Notes: generated by a model from the letters alone, not told the origin. 64,000 nt of DNA from Oculatellaceae cyanobacterium bins.114 (GCA_033764315.1 JANRJA010000086.1:1-64000), one strand, 5' to 3'; counted from the stretch's first letter, positions 1 through 10,671 are shown. Translations and numbers: made by a program.

Positions 1-774
1 CACACGGGATAGTCCTCCCTAATTCATGCTGCACCAGTAACCTTGCCCAACTGGAGTTCAAGGAAATGGTGTTTCTAGCAGATGGCCTTCTGTCTCATTT
101 GAGATCCCAACTTGTCAAAACTGAATTAATCGAGGTTCCCATGAATTTTGCTCTACCCGCGATCGCCCCTTCATTAAAAGCTTTGGGGGTGGGGGTTGTA
201 CCCCTACAGACGTTTCACTCCATAACTGTTTTAATAGAGAATAGTTATAGGTCTATCGGAGCAGATTGCTGTAGAAACTATCACCTTAGTTTTGTGAGAT
301 GATGCCCTAAATCTTATAGTATGAGGTCTTTAAAGGAGTAGGCTAAATTTTATAGTGAAAACAAAATATTTTCATTCATTCATTGTTTTACAGGCTCAAA
401 CTTACACACTTCATTGCAAGTCTTAAGCTTAAATAATGATATTTTTTATAGCTATTGTCTTTTACTTATAGATGAGCTTTGAGTTCAATAAAATCATCTC
501 TTTTAGCTAGTAATCTTAGACCAAAGAGGCTGTATTGCCCATCAGGTGAAACCTTCTGAATTTCAGATTATTACCTCTAGACTACTATCTTTGATCTTTA
601 TAGTGATGGTTTCTGAATTAGATAATTTGGTCTTGATAGCCCATCATTTTTACTAAAACTACTCTTCACAATAGTTTTTTCAGAAAAATTTCATCATTTC
701 TTTTAAGGATTCAAGCAATTCTCTCACTCTTTAAAAAAGCAAATCCATAGTATTTTAGATATTCCACAAAAAAG

Positions 775-804
775 TTGACTAAAACAATTAGATCACGGTA
801 TCGT
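775..804 (+). promoter_or_regulatory. Putative sigma70-type promoter of the riboswitch-sps leader
   Basis: TTGACT (775-780), 18-nt spacer, TATCGT (799-804), about 60 nt upstream of the aptamer. Confidence 0.45.
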
Positions 805-861
805 AGCTTCAAATGAAATAAGTCAACCTAATCCATTTTTATCTTTATATCAGGTCTGTTT

Positions 862-1032
862 GAGGCTAAGAGAAATGGAACGGAGGAACCAGATTTAGGG
901 GCGCATCTTAATAAGGAGATTCGAGAGTTTAATTTTGGCTTTAATGTCCAAAGATTAAGGCTCATCATCTCAGAGGAAGGACATCTCTCAGTCCTAGCCC
1001 GTCAGCTAACTTCGTCGGTGTTGAGAGGAGAC
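862..1032 (+). ncRNA. c-di-AMP (ydaO/yuaA class) riboswitch
   Basis: Conserved blocks in the expected order: GGAACGGAGGAACC, GGGGCGCATCT, AGGACATCTCTCAGTCCTAGCCCGTCAGCTAACTTCGTCGG; lies in the 5' leader of an osmolyte-synthesis gene. Confidence 0.85.
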
Positions 1033-1194
1033 TAAACATTCAGCATTTACCTTGGTAATACCCTGAATCTGGTTGGTGTCCTCGGCTGATATTTGTCGTG
1101 CTGCATACCTGCTCTTGACCCTGAGGAGAAGATTTTTAGCACTTCACTTCTGGTGTCAGGGGTTAGGAATCCTAACCATGAGGTGATATCTACA

Positions 1195-2499
1195 ATGTCG
1201 ATAACTCAAAAGCATCGGATTGCCTTGATTTCCGTTGATGGTGACCCTGCTGCCGAGATTGGCCAGGAAGAAGCGGGCGGACAGAATGTTTATGTACGTC
1301 AAATTGGCGAATTTTTAGCGGGGCTAGGGTGGCACGTTGATATGTTTACTCGACGAAGCCATCCTGATCAAGCTGAAATCGTTCAACATCGTGATAATTG
1401 TCGAACGATTCGTTTAAAGACAGGGCCAGCAACCTTTATAGGACGAGATCATTTGTTTGATCTGTTACCAGAGTTTGTACAAGAATTTCAGGCATTTCAG
1501 CACACACAAGCCCAACCTTATTCTTTAATTCATACGCACTATTGGCTGTCCTCTTGGGTTGGCATGAAGCTAAAAAAGCTCCAACCCTTAGTGCAGGTTC
1601 ATACTTATCACTCCCTGGGAGCCATAAAATATAACACCGTTGAAGATATTCCACCTATTGCGACAAAACGTTTAGCTATCGAAAAAACTTGTCTAGAAAC
1701 AGTGGATTGTGTGGTAGCCACCAGCCCCCAAGAACAAGAGCACATGCGATCGCTCGTTTCGACAAAAGGGCATATTGAAATGATTCCCTGTGGCACAGAT
1801 ATTCAGCGATTTGGCTCTGTTGACCAGGCTACAGCACGGCAACGACTCAGTATTTCACCCAACACAAAATTGGTGCTCTATGTAGGTCGGTTTGATAAGC
1901 GCAAAGGGATTGAAACTCTAGTTCGAGCAATGGCTCAGTCAAAATTGCGGAGAGATCCTGACTTAAAACTGATGATTGGTGGTGGCAGTTCTCCAGGGCG
2001 CAGCGATGGAATTGAGCGCGATCGCATTGAATCGATCGTTCACGAGTTAGGTCTGGCTGACATGACCGAGTTCCCAGGTCGTCTTGATCCGACTGTCTTA
2101 CCCAATTACTATGCCGCTGCGGATGTATGTGTTGTCCCTAGCCATTACGAACCGTTTGGCTTAGTGCCAATTGAAGCAATGGCCTGTCGGACACCTGTAG
2201 TGGCTAGCAATGTTGGTGGCCTACAATTTACGGTGGTTTCTGAAGTGACAGGTTTACTAGTTCCTCCTAAAGACGACGTCGCATTTGCCCAAGCGATCGA
2301 TCGCATTCTCACCAATCCAACCTGGCGTGATGAACTCGGTCAATTGGCACGGCAACGGGTTGAGATCGACTTTAGTTGGAATAGCATTGCCTCTCGATTA
2401 GAGCAGTTATACACCACCTTACTCAATCAAGCTACTCCAACTATGGCTCCTGCTGAATCCATAACCACTACTACTAAGGCGGCACAAGTTGCAGCCTAA
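1195..2499 (+). CDS. sps: Sucrose-phosphate synthase (GT4 glycosyltransferase-domain-only type, Anabaena Sps-like)
   Basis: HRIALISVDGDPAAEIGQEEAGGQNVYV N-terminus, VGRFDKRKG, PSHYEPFGLV; ATG at 1195 after GAGGTG; next to an invertase. Confidence 0.8.
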   Translation: MSITQKHRIALISVDGDPAAEIGQEEAGGQNVYVRQIGEFLAGLGWHVDMFTRRSHPDQAEIVQHRDNCRTIRLKTGPATFIGRDHLFDLLPEFVQEFQAFQHTQAQPYSLIHTHYWLSSWVGMKLKKLQPLVQVHTYHSLGAIKYNTVEDIPPIATKRLAIEKTCLETVDCVVATSPQEQEHMRSLVSTKGHIEMIPCGTDIQRFGSVDQATARQRLSISPNTKLVLYVGRFDKRKGIETLVRAMAQSKLRRDPDLKLMIGGGSSPGRSDGIERDRIESIVHELGLADMTEFPGRLDPTVLPNYYAAADVCVVPSHYEPFGLVPIEAMACRTPVVASNVGGLQFTVVSEVTGLLVPPKDDVAFAQAIDRILTNPTWRDELGQLARQRVEIDFSWNSIASRLEQLYTTLLNQATPTMAPAESITTTTKAAQVAA

Positions 2500-2736
2500 A
2501 CGCAATCTTGAGAACTGCTGCAAATCATTAAACCCTTTAGAGACCCATAATTTTCAGATAAGCACCTCACCGTAAAGGTGTTTCACAAAACGCCTTTACA
2601 GAATTTACACAAAATTCTGCTATAGAGTGTCACTTGGCCCCACCCCCCTAATGCACCTCCCCGGAGTCAAGGGGAGGTTGAAAAGGGTGAGTTTCATAGT
2701 GCTATTTTGCTACCCAACCTTCGGATCAAGGTTGGA

Positions 2737-4155
2737 TCAACTGCTAGCTTCTAGCTCCTTTAAACGATAGAGCCACTCCTGCATTTCTGTATCTTCATCA
2801 AAGCTAATCCAGGTTAGATATTTCGGGTTTTCTAGTAGTTCATTTGCCAAAATAAAGCCAGCAATGCTCCAGGTTTGATATTTTCTAGAAGCCTTTCCGA
2901 CCAAACGACCGTTACGCCCGTCATAATATTCAGGCCATCCATCTTCACTCAAACGACGTTCAGCAAGGTCGATCGCTCGCCAAGCCATCTCTTGCCTGCC
3001 TGTCTTTTGAGCGGCTGCGGCTAAAAACCACAACAATACGGGCCAGTTCCCACCATTGTGATAAGACCACGGCACATTTTTAGGATCGCACCCGGTCAAA
3101 ATTCGCCACTCTAAATCAACAACTGCTGGATAGCAAATCTTCATGGGCATATAGCCCACCAGATCTTGCCACCGTTGCTCAATCAGGTCCATGATTCCTT
3201 GTGACTCCTGAATTGTAGTCAACGAAGAAATCACAGACATTAGATTACCCAATGTAAAGAAGCGAAAATCCATGCGGGCTGGTCCCAAATTACCCGCTAA
3301 ATAGCCACCTCTCTCTGGCATCCAATCGGCAACCCATTCTGGAATCGAATCAGGATAGATGTTGAATTTGTTGATGGCTTCTTCCCCAAATTCTTCACCT
3401 CGATATCGATAGATTTCATTCAGTCGTCTGAGGTCAAGCCAATAGTATTGGCGAATGTGACAGTTGAGGGTACTCAGTCGTTGGTTGATGATTTGAATAT
3501 AAATATCGCGCTTATAGCCTGGTAATAGTAACTCTCTAGCAGAGCGCAGTGCTGCATAAAAGAGAGCTTGAATTTCAATGGGATGTCCATCCACTCCCAT
3601 GCGACGATCAATCATAAATGTACCGTCTGGAACCAGCATTGTGGGGTACATATCAAAGCGATCGGCAAGACAAAGCTTGAGAATGAGTAAGATACCCTGT
3701 TGAAATTCAGGCTGATGGGCAAGATCTAAATCACCCGTTGCCTTGACATAAGCCCGCAACAAAATAAGCCACCACAGACAGGAATCGACTGGAGTAACAC
3801 GCCCGATCGCATGCTCACCAAAATCAGCCGTTAGATATTGACCCCCTTCCCAGGTTTTGACCTTAAAGCTGGCAGGCATTAAACCTCGTCCAGCGTTAAA
3901 GCAGTCCATTTGTTTGTCACTGCTTTGCAATGCCAGCGTTTCAATCAAGAAATTGCGGACAATATCTGATCGACCCCGCATTAAAAAAACAAGTGCTGAC
4001 GAGACAAAATCTCGCACAAAGCACTGGTCATAGTTCAGTGCTTCAGCGGTAGGATCACATGCAGCTACTGTGCCCACGGGGCGATCGCCAAAATAGACAA
4101 TTGAATCTTCAAGTAATTTCCAGGCTTCTTCGACAAGGTAACTTTTTGTCCTCAT
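2737..4155 (-). CDS. Alkaline/neutral invertase (GH100)
   Basis: [50 protein letters not shown] motifs. Confidence 0.95.
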   Translation of the reverse strand: MRTKSYLVEEAWKLLEDSIVYFGDRPVGTVAACDPTAEALNYDQCFVRDFVSSALVFLMRGRSDIVRNFLIETLALQSSDKQMDCFNAGRGLMPASFKVKTWEGGQYLTADFGEHAIGRVTPVDSCLWWLILLRAYVKATGDLDLAHQPEFQQGILLILKLCLADRFDMYPTMLVPDGTFMIDRRMGVDGHPIEIQALFYAALRSARELLLPGYKRDIYIQIINQRLSTLNCHIRQYYWLDLRRLNEIYRYRGEEFGEEAINKFNIYPDSIPEWVADWMPERGGYLAGNLGPARMDFRFFTLGNLMSVISSLTTIQESQGIMDLIEQRWQDLVGYMPMKICYPAVVDLEWRILTGCDPKNVPWSYHNGGNWPVLLWFLAAAAQKTGRQEMAWRAIDLAERRLSEDGWPEYYDGRNGRLVGKASRKYQTWSIAGFILANELLENPKYLTWISFDEDTEMQEWLYRLKELEASS

Positions 4156-4396
4156 TGCTTACCCTATTCTCCTGCTGGGCTAACCAACTTTATGACTGAG
4201 TGTAGAAATGATGCATCAAATTCTTCGATCAAGGCACTTTAGGCAACAGCAATGTGTTTCCGCACTGTTTCACAACAGCACTTTAAAGACACCATAAATA
4301 TCAATGCGATTGCTACACCGCAAAATCGCATTCACAATCAACCCCTGCATAGCAGAGTGACTATAACTGAGTAATCAAGTTCCAGCCCTAGTAATG

Positions 4397-4520
4397 TGGC
4401 AACTGCCGAGACAGTTGGAGACAAAGGGGAGGGCTTGGCCCTCCGTCAGGGGTTCCACCATTCGGCTGAACTCACGACGAAGCCCCTGCACCCCGTTCCA
4501 ACTAACCCTTCGATTGCTAT
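4397..4520 (+). mobile_element. MITE-like dispersed repeat, family A copy 1, with a nested ~25-nt insertion
   Basis: Aligns by eye with the reverse complements of 33641-33759 and 38380-38479 (GCAACTG..AGACAGTTG..GGGG ... CCCCTGCACCCCGT..AAC..ACYCTT...TTGCTA). Confidence 0.7.
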
Positions 4521-5356
4521 CAGCGTAAGTAGGGCACTATCAAACCCTACAACCGTTTCCACAGTTAGCCTTTTGCAAATAGGTTGAGGAAACAATTTAA
4601 CTAGAGCCGCTATCTGCACCCACTGATGAATTAACCCAAACACGTTTTCTTGAGAGAACTGCACACCTGAAGCGTCTGAAACTTTATAAGGCTTAGCCCA
4701 ACAAATCCTTCTATCTAATGGTTGCTCATCTGCAACAAACTGAGTAAGAAACACCTTGTTGCGGAATCAGCAGAAGAACGTATGCAACCGTATCGGCTGA
4801 TATGCTCACAGAGAAACTTGATAGCTAGATCAGGAGATATCAGGAGATATGTCACCTGAGGCTATATAGTCACCTGTTGATAATCAGAGCGGCGTTGGGA
4901 GCTAAATTTATTTTTTCCTGTAATTTCTTGAGGCAACTCTCAGAAACCACCGGGGGTTGATGGTGCATCTCTCCGTAAGATCACCATACGAGATAGCTTA
5001 ATCTGCCTAGCGTTGATCCTAGGTGAATTCTTGGTAAGAAAAACTTTCGTTATGATGAGAAACGATGAAGATTCATAATCAATAAAGGTTAAGCTCTCAT
5101 TGATTCCTCATTTAGCCCAAGCAAAACTGAGCCTACGGCAGTTGAAGGCAAAAAAGGGGCGATCGCCCTTTCCTTCGCCATTTACTGTACACAATGTGAG
5201 CCAACCTCTTGAGGAGTAGTGCACTTAGGCAATAGCTCATTTTTAGAATCACAGAAATGCAAAGCACTCACCCTCATAAAGACATCAAAGTACATCCTTA
5301 CATTGGCGAGTGCATTCTGGAGGTAATCCCTCTCGTACTCTTGAAAGCCAGGAGAA

Positions 5357-5818
5357 TTATGAATTTGCAGTTTGAGTTGCTAGTAACTGCTTGAGCTTCT
5401 CTAACTCCTGTGCCCAACGTGGATCGGGCTGAACGGCCTCAGAATCAGTGACAGTTGTCGTCTTCTTAGACGACTTGTTGTTGCTACCTTTTTTGCGGGT
5501 GTTAGGTGAAACACCAGCTGCCGCGCTGCTTGCTGCAGGAGCTTGCTGTTGCTCATCTTCACTTCCTTTAGAACGAGGCAGTGCTTTTTCAATTTTGAGG
5601 GGTTGGTCTTTGAACATGAGACCGTTGAACTTTTCGATCAACTGATCTGCCTGTTCATCACTTTTAACAGTGACAAACCCAAAACCCCGGCACTTGCCAG
5701 TTTTGCGGTCTGTGATGATTTTCGTGGTAACTGATTCATCGAAATCTGCAAAAACAGCTTGTAGCTCCTGCTTTTCAAGCTCTTTAGGTAAGTTACCCAC
5801 GTAAAGACGGATAGACAT
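5357..5818 (-). CDS. rbp3: RRM RNA-binding protein, Rbp3 type
   Basis: MSIRLYVGNLP (RNP2), KCRGFGFV (RNP1) and C-terminal QPDPRWA motif. Confidence 0.9.
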   Translation of the reverse strand: MSIRLYVGNLPKELEKQELQAVFADFDESVTTKIITDRKTGKCRGFGFVTVKSDEQADQLIEKFNGLMFKDQPLKIEKALPRSKGSEDEQQQAPAASSAAAGVSPNTRKKGSNNKSSKKTTTVTDSEAVQPDPRWAQELEKLKQLLATQTANS

Positions 5819-6228
5819 GAGAGAAGATACCTCCAGACGTTGGCTCGGACAAACTCACTTACATTTACAAGTGTCGCTTTTAAGTTGGTTATTGATTAAA
5901 GAAACATTCATGAGAAACTTCAGAACCATTAACGTAACTCGTAACCCAACCTCAACGACGTATGTTAAAGCGATACAACCTATTAATGCTAAGAAATAGC
6001 TTTTTGCAACACTTCATGCTCAAGGGTGAAATCTGCTTTAATCTAACCGTTTATTCAATAATTCAGGGACACCTGACAATGACAGTTAAACACTCTAGGG
6101 TGGTTCTGCGGATTCAACATTGTTACGCCATTCATTAAGGTATCACGGTGGAAGACCCGGAGATCGCCAAAAGTAGAGATTTCAGTGATAAATCAGTCAT
6201 TGATTCTAATTCGCGCCGCAAGTTAAAT

Positions 6229-6350
6229 AAAAGCCAGCCTAACTCAAGGCTGGCTATAGTTTTTGCTGTGTTGGGAGGAAAACCTGATACCGAGACATAA
6301 GAGCCACGTCAACCGCCGAAATCGCGCTAGAAGCACAGCTTCTGTCTAAG
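6229..6350 (-). ncRNA. psrR1: PsrR1/SyR1-like small regulatory RNA
   Basis: Minus strand reads ACAGAAG..TCGGCGGTTGACGTGGCTCTTATGTCTCGG..TTTTCCTCCCAACAC, then a terminator AGCCAGCCT-TGAGTT-AGGCTGGCT-TTT; resembles my recollection of the PsrR1 core; 5' end uncertain. Confidence 0.6.
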
Positions 6351-6488
6351 TAAATTTGGTTCTTATTAAGAAAAGTAACATTAAACACTGTGATCATGCA
6401 ATATTTATTTACATTCATATTGGTTTAGATACCCCTGAGATACCTCATTCATAGGTGCCCCTGTTCTGATGAGATCGATAGAATCTCA

Positions 6489-6588
6489 TACCAATTTCAA
6501 TTGAAAACACGACAGATCCTAATACGGGCTTGGCAGTGCCAAGCCTCTCCTGAACTTTAATCTGCCCAAGAATCCGTTTAAATCGGTA
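6489..6588. mobile_element. 100-bp MITE-like element with TCA target duplication
   Basis: Ends TACCAATTT / AAATCGGTA (imperfect inverted repeat), TCA at 6486-6488 and 6589-6591, internal palindrome GGCTTGGCAGTGCCAAGCC. Confidence 0.55.
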
Positions 6589-6622
6589 TCACACAAAGAT
6601 GGTTTAATCTGGCTGGGTTTGC

Positions 6623-9205
6623 TCAAGAGCCACCCTGAAAAATGATGTAAGCCCCTAAAAAGCCAGTCGCAAACGCTAACAAGGTAGACCACAAAGGATG
6701 AGCCGCTTGCAATTTTGCCCCTCGTTGAGGCTGAAGGGTCTCTACATCTATCCAGGGAGTTGCCCCTCGACGAAACCAACCTGTAATAGTAACTGGGCTT
6801 TTGACACATTGACTGGGGCGGATGGCTTGAGGCAGCAGATGCCCTATCGGACCCAAGAGAGGCATGTAATGCAATCGAATGAAACCTGACGGAGTATGAA
6901 GGATTAAATCTTGGGTAAGGATATTTCCGATTCCTGGTCGCCCTAACAAAGTACCCTGCATTCGCACAGGTTGGCTATCGGTTGGCAAGGCATAGGGAGC
7001 CGTCAACAGTTCAGGAAGCACTGGCTCAACTTGCAGAGTTGAGGGCTTGATATCTGGAAAGAAAGTGTTGATGCGTAAGATGGTGCCAATACTAAACCCT
7101 GACAAGAGAAACCCCCATAAAATAGAGCGATCGCCAGACATCCAGATTAACTCTATCCACCCGACTTGAGCCGCGATCGCCCCTAACAGCCAAAAGCACG
7201 CTGCGATCAGAAGCCCAATCAACATGCCCACAAATGGAGCACTCTGAATCCAAAATCGTTTTGCTTGTCGAGATGCACGAGGATTAGACGAAGAAGATGC
7301 ATCAAAATCTAATTCAGTCGCTAAACGCCAATGACGAGCATAGTTGGTTAATTGTTGCAGGCGATCGCCCATTGGAGGATGGCTGTTATTAATAGCTAAC
7401 CAGTGCCGATATGGATTAATCCGATCCCAAAGCAGCAAATGCTCAAACGAAGAGTAGGGATAAGTACTCCCTAAGGTCAGAGCCGTTTGATAGCCAACCG
7501 GAGTCAGAAAATCAAGACTTTGCAGCAGAGCACCCGTAGAGCCTTGACGCTGAATTTCCTCTGTTACACCAATCGCAATTTTGAGCAGCGCACGAGTGAG
7601 TCCGTTGGGGTTGCCTGTCATCTCACTGGCGGCGCGATCGCTATAGTAAAGGCGCAATCGGGAGAGCCAAAGCCCAGTCCACCGCAACACCCAAAACAAA
7701 CCATAGGCAAATGAGGAAACACCCACAGCAATCGCTTTGAGCAGCCCATTCCGCTGGTTATTACCCCAGGTCGCCACCATCCAATAAAGCTGGTAGGGCA
7801 GTTGTGCCATCAAGGCTACCCAAGCTGTTACTCCTACATCCCAATAGGTGACATGTCCCACTTCCCCAATCACAACTGCCGCGATCTCATCATCGCTAAG
7901 TTGTTGCAATAGCCCTCGGCTAAGCACAATGCGGATGTTTTGGGGTAAAAATCCATAGGTTAATGCGACAGGGGCAGCTATAGGTAGCACCCTCAACGAG
8001 GGTAACGGATAGCGTCGTTGGTTACAAATTCGTTTGAGCACCCGAACTGCCTCTGGGCTGGATACTGCCAATTCATCTAGCTTGAAGGGTCTAGCCCGAT
8101 AGGAAACCCTCAAAATGCTATCCATTAACCAGGGAGACGCTATGAAGAGCAGCCCCAGCACCAGCACCACAAACCAAAACGGGTCAGCAAAAATAGTGTA
8201 TTGGCGTAAATCAATCATCCAGCGAAACTGAACGAAAGCCCCATTTAAAAGGGCGATCGCCACTTGTAGCAAGGCACGTACCACCAAAACTAATACAACC
8301 ACCGTTGCAGCTTCAACGGCCCACAGCTTTGCTACATCAACCGAGCCTAACGATCCCCATTTAGAGGCCCGTCCAGCTTGTCGCCAGATGCGCTCATGGG
8401 GGGTAACAGCTTGAGAACTGTCATTGGGGGCGATCGCCGCTTCAGGAGGCACTTGAGTATCGCCAGGGAGAGCATTTTCTAGAGTGGATGGTTGAGATTG
8501 AACGGGCGTCGCTGCTGGGAGAGATAGATTGACATCAGAAGGATTGTGGAGGGGGTCTGTGGCATCTCCGCTGGCTGCTAATGGCACCTCTCCCTCTCCG
8601 GGCGAGGATTCTTCAATTGACGGCACAAACCCACTTTCGTCTTGAGGTGAAGTTCTGGGGTGAATGGGCGGTAAGTCGATCGTATTTCTAACACTAGAAC
8701 CTGCATTGAGAGGCACAAACCCGGTAGCATCGTCTTCAGCCGTCAGTTCTTCATCAGTTTGCAGTGTGGTTTGCGCGTCAGACTGGATGGACGTGTTGAT
8801 TGGGGTAAACCCAGTTTCGTCGTCTACCTCAATCGGTTCAGCAAGGGGTTCAGAAGACACCTCCGAGGACAATCCAGGTTCTTCCTGACGACGCGCCAAC
8901 TCATCCTCCATGCGAATCGCCCACAACCGCACCTGACGATTGGAGCTTCTACTCAATCTCTGCGACAACACGATCGCTTGGGCTAGATTACCGCTCCGTT
9001 CATAAGCCATCACCAGGCTCATCTGAGCTTTGGTTGCGGTGGGCTTATCTGTAGTGGTTTGTGCAACCGACTGCAACAGGGCGATCGCAGTAGGATAATC
9101 TTTACCCTTCAACGCCGCCAATCCTGCCTCTAGTGAAGGCACATTTTCTGAGTTGACATTTGTGGCAGATGCGTCTGCTTGAGACGACTTAAACAAATCA
9201 TCCAT
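6623..9205 (-). CDS. M48/HtpX-like membrane metalloprotease homolog with TPR-like N-terminus and acidic linker; zinc ligands degenerate
   Basis: LSDDEIAAVVIGEVGHV, SRLRLYYSD..TGNPNGLTRALLKI and SHPPMGDRL match the HtpX layout; several TM segments. Confidence 0.8.
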   Translation of the reverse strand: MDDLFKSSQADASATNVNSENVPSLEAGLAALKGKDYPTAIALLQSVAQTTTDKPTATKAQMSLVMAYERSGNLAQAIVLSQRLSRSSNRQVRLWAIRMEDELARRQEEPGLSSEVSSEPLAEPIEVDDETGFTPINTSIQSDAQTTLQTDEELTAEDDATGFVPLNAGSSVRNTIDLPPIHPRTSPQDESGFVPSIEESSPGEGEVPLAASGDATDPLHNPSDVNLSLPAATPVQSQPSTLENALPGDTQVPPEAAIAPNDSSQAVTPHERIWRQAGRASKWGSLGSVDVAKLWAVEAATVVVLVLVVRALLQVAIALLNGAFVQFRWMIDLRQYTIFADPFWFVVLVLGLLFIASPWLMDSILRVSYRARPFKLDELAVSSPEAVRVLKRICNQRRYPLPSLRVLPIAAPVALTYGFLPQNIRIVLSRGLLQQLSDDEIAAVVIGEVGHVTYWDVGVTAWVALMAQLPYQLYWMVATWGNNQRNGLLKAIAVGVSSFAYGLFWVLRWTGLWLSRLRLYYSDRAASEMTGNPNGLTRALLKIAIGVTEEIQRQGSTGALLQSLDFLTPVGYQTALTLGSTYPYSSFEHLLLWDRINPYRHWLAINNSHPPMGDRLQQLTNYARHWRLATELDFDASSSSNPRASRQAKRFWIQSAPFVGMLIGLLIAACFWLLGAIAAQVGWIELIWMSGDRSILWGFLLSGFSIGTILRINTFFPDIKPSTLQVEPVLPELLTAPYALPTDSQPVRMQGTLLGRPGIGNILTQDLILHTPSGFIRLHYMPLLGPIGHLLPQAIRPSQCVKSPVTITGWFRRGATPWIDVETLQPQRGAKLQAAHPLWSTLLAFATGFLGAYIIFQGGS

Positions 9206-9404
9206 AGTTGTCCCTCCACTAAAGTTAGTGCAAGTGAGGGCACCGCCCCAACCTAAGCACTTTTAGCAGAACTTTCCAAACCTCGACCTCCGTAGATTTC
9301 CCACATTCCCCACAGAAGTGAGCACATTCTTCAGGAAAGAACTTTTATAAAAGTAGAAATTATCTTCATAATCCGCATGAGGTCTCTGTGCAATTTAGGG
9401 GTTT

Positions 9405-9471
9405 AGATCCCCGGTTTCTTGTTGGAGCTGACTAAAAGGTGCCTCGTTACATCCCTAGAAACCGGGGATCT
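9405..9471. repeat. 15-bp perfect inverted repeat (REP-like)
   Basis: AGATCCCCGGTTTCT (9405-9419) and AGAAACCGGGGATCT (9457-9471). Confidence 0.75.
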
Positions 9472-9559
9472 GGAATAGTCATATAAGTCATATATAGGGT
9501 TATCGATCTAAAAAAGATCGCTGTAATAGTCTGATCCAAGCTCATCAGCTTAAACAAAG

Positions 9560-9593
9560 ATTCCCAGACTCTTACAGTAAAGAATCTGGGAAT
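9560..9593 (-). terminator. Probable terminator hairpin after the PEP-CTERM gene
   Basis: ATTCCCAGA..TCTGGGAAT stem about 40 nt downstream of the stop codon. Confidence 0.5.
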
Positions 9594-9632
9594 TGATTAA
9601 AGATTTATAGCTTGAACTGAACTTGCGTGTAC

Positions 9633-10406
9633 TTACGCGCGTTTTGCCGATCGACGACGAGAAGTGGCGATCGCCCCAGCCACTAAACCTAAGCCAGCCA
9701 AGCTAGCAGGTTCGGGAACATGCGCGGCGGCGACCTTGAAGTCAGGGCCATTAAAGTTGCCCAAGCGACCTCCATCAAAGCTAGTGAGACGCAAACGATC
9801 GGTGTGAGCATCCAAGCTCAGTCCCATTGCACCAACAGGCTGGCTTCCACTAATCTCAGTTGTGTCGATGTCGTATCCAGCATATTGAGATTTCCGGCTA
9901 TCTAAAATGGTGCTCGCCAAAACCGCGCCATTTTGATCCAAGGCTTCAACCATTAAACGGCTGTTCATGCCTCGTTCCCAGAAGAAGAAGTGATTGGCTG
10001 CTGCACCTAAACGCAATTCCATCTTGAAAGCACCGCTGTCTTCGGTGTCAATAATGTTGTTGAGGTTTAGATTGCCCAAGCTAGCGACCACTTGTGCGTT
10101 ACTAGGAGCCTCTGCACGAACCCCAGTGGCATTGTCACCGCGATCAGAGCTAGCGGCTCCAGTGTTACCACCAGTCCACTTTTCATTAGTGAACTGATCA
10201 AGCCCAGTTACCAAAATAAAGTCATCGACTGTAGAATTACCGAAGGTCACTGAGTTTAGGATGATATTGCCCTTTGGGTTGTTACCAGTGCGATTAGTGT
10301 CAAAGTTGAACTGAGTGAAGGTTGCTGCTTGTGCAGGAACTGCTAATGATGCCAAAATACTGCCAGCCAAAACGCTGGCGCATGCGGAAATGTGCCCAAG
10401 TTTCAT
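9633..10406 (-). CDS. PEP-CTERM exosortase-sorted surface protein
   Basis: Signal peptide ending PAQA; C-terminal VPEPASLAGLGLVAGAIATSRRR; ATG at 10406 after GAGG. Confidence 0.9.
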   Translation of the reverse strand: MKLGHISACASVLAGSILASLAVPAQAATFTQFNFDTNRTGNNPKGNIILNSVTFGNSTVDDFILVTGLDQFTNEKWTGGNTGAASSDRGDNATGVRAEAPSNAQVVASLGNLNLNNIIDTEDSGAFKMELRLGAAANHFFFWERGMNSRLMVEALDQNGAVLASTILDSRKSQYAGYDIDTTEISGSQPVGAMGLSLDAHTDRLRLTSFDGGRLGNFNGPDFKVAAAHVPEPASLAGLGLVAGAIATSRRRSAKRA

Positions 10407-10671
10407 ATTCGCCTCGTTAAACAATCTTGACGCTCTGGTGTGATCTCAAGCAAGTGCCAACTGATTGGGACTGGGCTGAGCTATAACAGAAGCTTTTGAT
10501 TGCTCTATTACTCGCTATCTTAGATCTGAGGTTGTGTAAATGTCCTCAGAAAGTAGCGAGTTTTACATTATCTTTATTGCAAGCCGTGGAAAAAGGTGTG
10601 TTAACGGGGGTTATGTAAAGGCTTTTTGTAGATAAAGCAATGAACTACGTAGAAGATTGTGCTGACGTATC

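Noticed and set aside
1093..1194. N-terminal extension of the sps ORF from TTG 1093
   Set aside because: Falls in the riboswitch expression platform; the SD and family N-terminus point to ATG 1195
4396..4754. ORFs 4396-4587 (+) and 4446-4754 (-)
   Set aside because: Overlap a repeat element; no SD or recognisable domain
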